DNA of 63,790 bases, the filler included, from Nemertoderma westbladi (lineage: Eukaryota > Animalia > Xenacoelomorpha), in NCBI GenBank assembly GCA_032718475.1. It is 3 parts of 3 records of this genome, joined end to end, with 100 filler letters (N's around TTAATTAATTAA, not from the genome) between each part and the next. Parts side by side here need not be neighbours in the genome. Positions count along the whole stretch, not along the records: positions 47,122 to 63,790 come from JAUCBJ010003782.1; 2 more parts are not named here. One strand, 5' to 3'. Below are positions 61,407-63,790 of the stretch, one piece after another; positions within the stretch are counted from its first letter, which is position 1; each line of letters begins with the position of its first letter. The position numbers and the translations under genes are program-made. The notes beneath the pieces were generated by a model that was not told the DNA's origin, made no database searches, and saw only the letters and a program-made list of their open reading frames with translations.

Positions 61407-61995
61407 CCAGGCAGGGAGTCTGATCTCGCCTCGCCGTTATTTAAGCTTTGTGTCAATGGTCTAAGCCAAAGATTAAATAGTTGTGCAATGGGTTGCCGGG
61501 TTTCAGGTAAAAAGATAAATCATTTATTTTATGCGGATGATCTATCTCTTATTTCTCCAAGTATAACTGGACTCAGAGTTTGTTAAAAATCTGTGAAGAA
61601 TATGGAGTTGAATTTGATATTATATTTAATCCTTTGCAATTATAAACATATAAACTTAGGCGTGTATCAGATGTGTGTACTTGAACGGTATGATTTTAAA
61701 TTGTGTGTCAAACGTATTGTATTTAGGTAATATTATTAGCTGTGATCTCTCAGATGAGAGTGACATTAATCGTGTTAAATCGTCATTATATTATCGTGGT
61801 TATCTCCTTGCCAGAAATTTTTCTAAGTGTTCTCTTCCTATTAAGGTGCTCCTCTTTAAATATTTTTGTTCTAATTTATATTGCAGCCCGCTTTGTGTTA
61901 TCTTCCGTGTTGAGTGCCTATGGCAACTCAAAGTGGCTTATAATGCCACGTTTCGTTTACTTTTCAATTATTCTAGAGTGACAGATTTGTAAAAT
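61407..61995 (+). mobile_element. LINE RT fragment, right half (RTEX-like)
   Basis: RQG...SP.LF...GCRVSGKKINHLFYADDLSLISPS; YLG motif further on. Confidence 0.85.
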
Positions 61996-62759
61996 TTTAC
62001 CACATTTTATTTTCTAATTTGTCTTGTCTTAATAGTTTTATCTCTGATTAGCACTAAAAAAGAGAAAATTCTGAGCTTTCGAAATATGTATAATATGTCA
62101 TGCTTTTGAAAACTTTATGTTTTGACCACTTTATTCGGCTTACAGTGTTACGTGCCTGGAAACAACATTATTCATTTAATGACTGTGAACACTTTTTGTA
62201 AATATTACATTTTTAATTGTATTTATTTTGTAAACAATTTAAGATTTAACATGCCGTTATTTTTCTCATTGTTTCTAATTGGAAGAAAGCAAATTTAATT
62301 AGACAGAAGGAAACTAATAGGTATTTTAAATGGAAATTCAATACTACGTTCAATTTTCGGATAAATTGTGTATTGAAAATACAAATTGAATAATTGAAAA
62401 AAAAATTATATGAAAGGTTGTTAACCCTATTACCACTGGGGGAGGGGGGGGGGGGGGGGGGGGGGGGGGGCGAATCGGCCCCTTCCTAGTTTTTAGTTGC
62501 TGTAACTATGCAACCACATTACGTACCGGCCCAATTTTTATTGAGAATTAGCCAAATTTAATGCCGCATCTTTTGCAAAAAACGACGTTGCAATTGGATT
62601 TCTACTTTTCGATGTGGGTGCCACCTCAAAATTTGGTCTCCAGCACCAAATTTTTTGAAATTTTCGAATTTTACAAAGTCATTCGTGATTTAGTAATTAT
62701 TTATGTTTGGGCTATTTTTATTTATTTTTATTGGTTTGGATCACTCTAATGCTCTATAC

Positions 62760-63590
62760 AAGTATGTAAGTGTAGTGGTACGTCATTTTTGGAGCACCAA
62801 AATTAGGGCGTGGCACTTTAAAATTTCAAAATTACTTTATTCGGAAAATTTACTAAAGTTTTGATTTCGAAGCATTTTTATTGGTTTTCTGGAGCGCTGA
62901 ATCGATTGAAAGTAATATAGAAGCCTGAAGACTTAGTGGTTCGCCATTTTTGGTGCACCAAAATTAGGGCGTGGCACTTCAAATTTTGAAAAATACGAGA
63001 TTCGGAAAATACACTAAAGTTTTGATTTCAAATCATTTTTATAGGTTTTCTGGAGCGCTGAATCGATTGAAAGTAATATAGAAGCCTCAAATCCTTGGTG
63101 TACGTAATTTTCGGTGCACCAAAATTAGGGCGTGGCACTTCAAATTTTCAAAATTACTTTATTCGGAAAAAACACTAAAGTTTTGATTTCAAAAAATGGC
63201 TAACCTCTAAGTCTTCAGGCTTCTATATTACTTTCAATCGATTCAGCGGTCTAGAAAACCTATATAAATGCGTTAAAATTTCAATTTTGGTTTATTTTCC
63301 GAATCTCGTATTTTTCAAAATTTGAAGTGCCACGCCCTAATTTTGGTGCACCAAAAATGGCGAACCACTAAGTCTTCAGGCTTCTATATTACTTTCAATC
63401 GATTCAGCGGCCCAGAAAACCTATAAAGATGCGTTGAAATAAAAAATTAGGGGCATTTTCTGAATATCTAATTTTTCAAAATTTGAAGTGCCACGCCCAC
63501 TTCTTAGGTGCACGAAAAATAGCATCCACTTCAATTTTTGGAAATGGAATATAATCACATTCGATTCAGCGTCTTGAAAAACCTACTAAA
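62760..63590. repeat. Foldback array of about 162-bp units (3 direct, 2 inverted)
   Basis: GCACCAAAATTAGGGCGTGGCACTT at about 62793, 62955 and 63116; reverse complement at about 63325 and 63485. Confidence 0.8.
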
Positions 63591-63790
63591 TCTAGCCAAC
63601 ACTGCCACACTATTAGTTTTTAGAAAACGAAAAATTTTGTAATTTTGTCCTGGGACTACTTTTATTTTTCATCAAAATTATGAGTCCCTGCTTATGAAAT
63701 TTTAACTTTTTAAGGTTTGGTAGTGTTCATCTATAGTTGTTTCACCAACAGCCCAAATTTTGTAGGATTTCATTGGACGATTACAAAAAT

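Overview
AT-rich, repeat-dense animal genomic DNA. It consists of three contigs joined by artificial N-TTAATTAATTAA-N spacers (about 25991-26090 and 47022-47121). Contig 1 holds a Polinton/Maverick capsid module, a full-length but degenerate 12.5-kb Bel/Pao LTR retrotransposon (3827-16311, TSD CTTGT) with an extra ORF, MITEs/SINEs and a C2H2 zinc-finger gene. Contig 2 holds the 3' end of a related Bel/Pao element, a PEBP gene, a truncated dachs-like myosin, 24-bp and 43-bp satellites and the 3' part of NAXE. Contig 3 holds the 5' LTR of a third family member, a 42-bp satellite, EHD exons 1-2 and a PIKfyve kinase ORF. Four observations stand out. (1) The Bel/Pao family has no tRNA primer-binding site; the 12 nt after the 5' LTR are instead perfectly complementary to a 12-mer inside the element's own LTR, and the pair co-varies between two divergent members, suggesting self-priming. 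(2) The family carries a non-env accessory ORF under apparent purifying selection. (3) A composite TIR transposon has captured an intact PIKfyve kinase ORF and split a LINE RT between NGV and RQG. (4) Satellites are seeded from the ends of coding exons (NAXE stop, EHD splice donor). All calls come from reading the sequence by eye; no searches were run.
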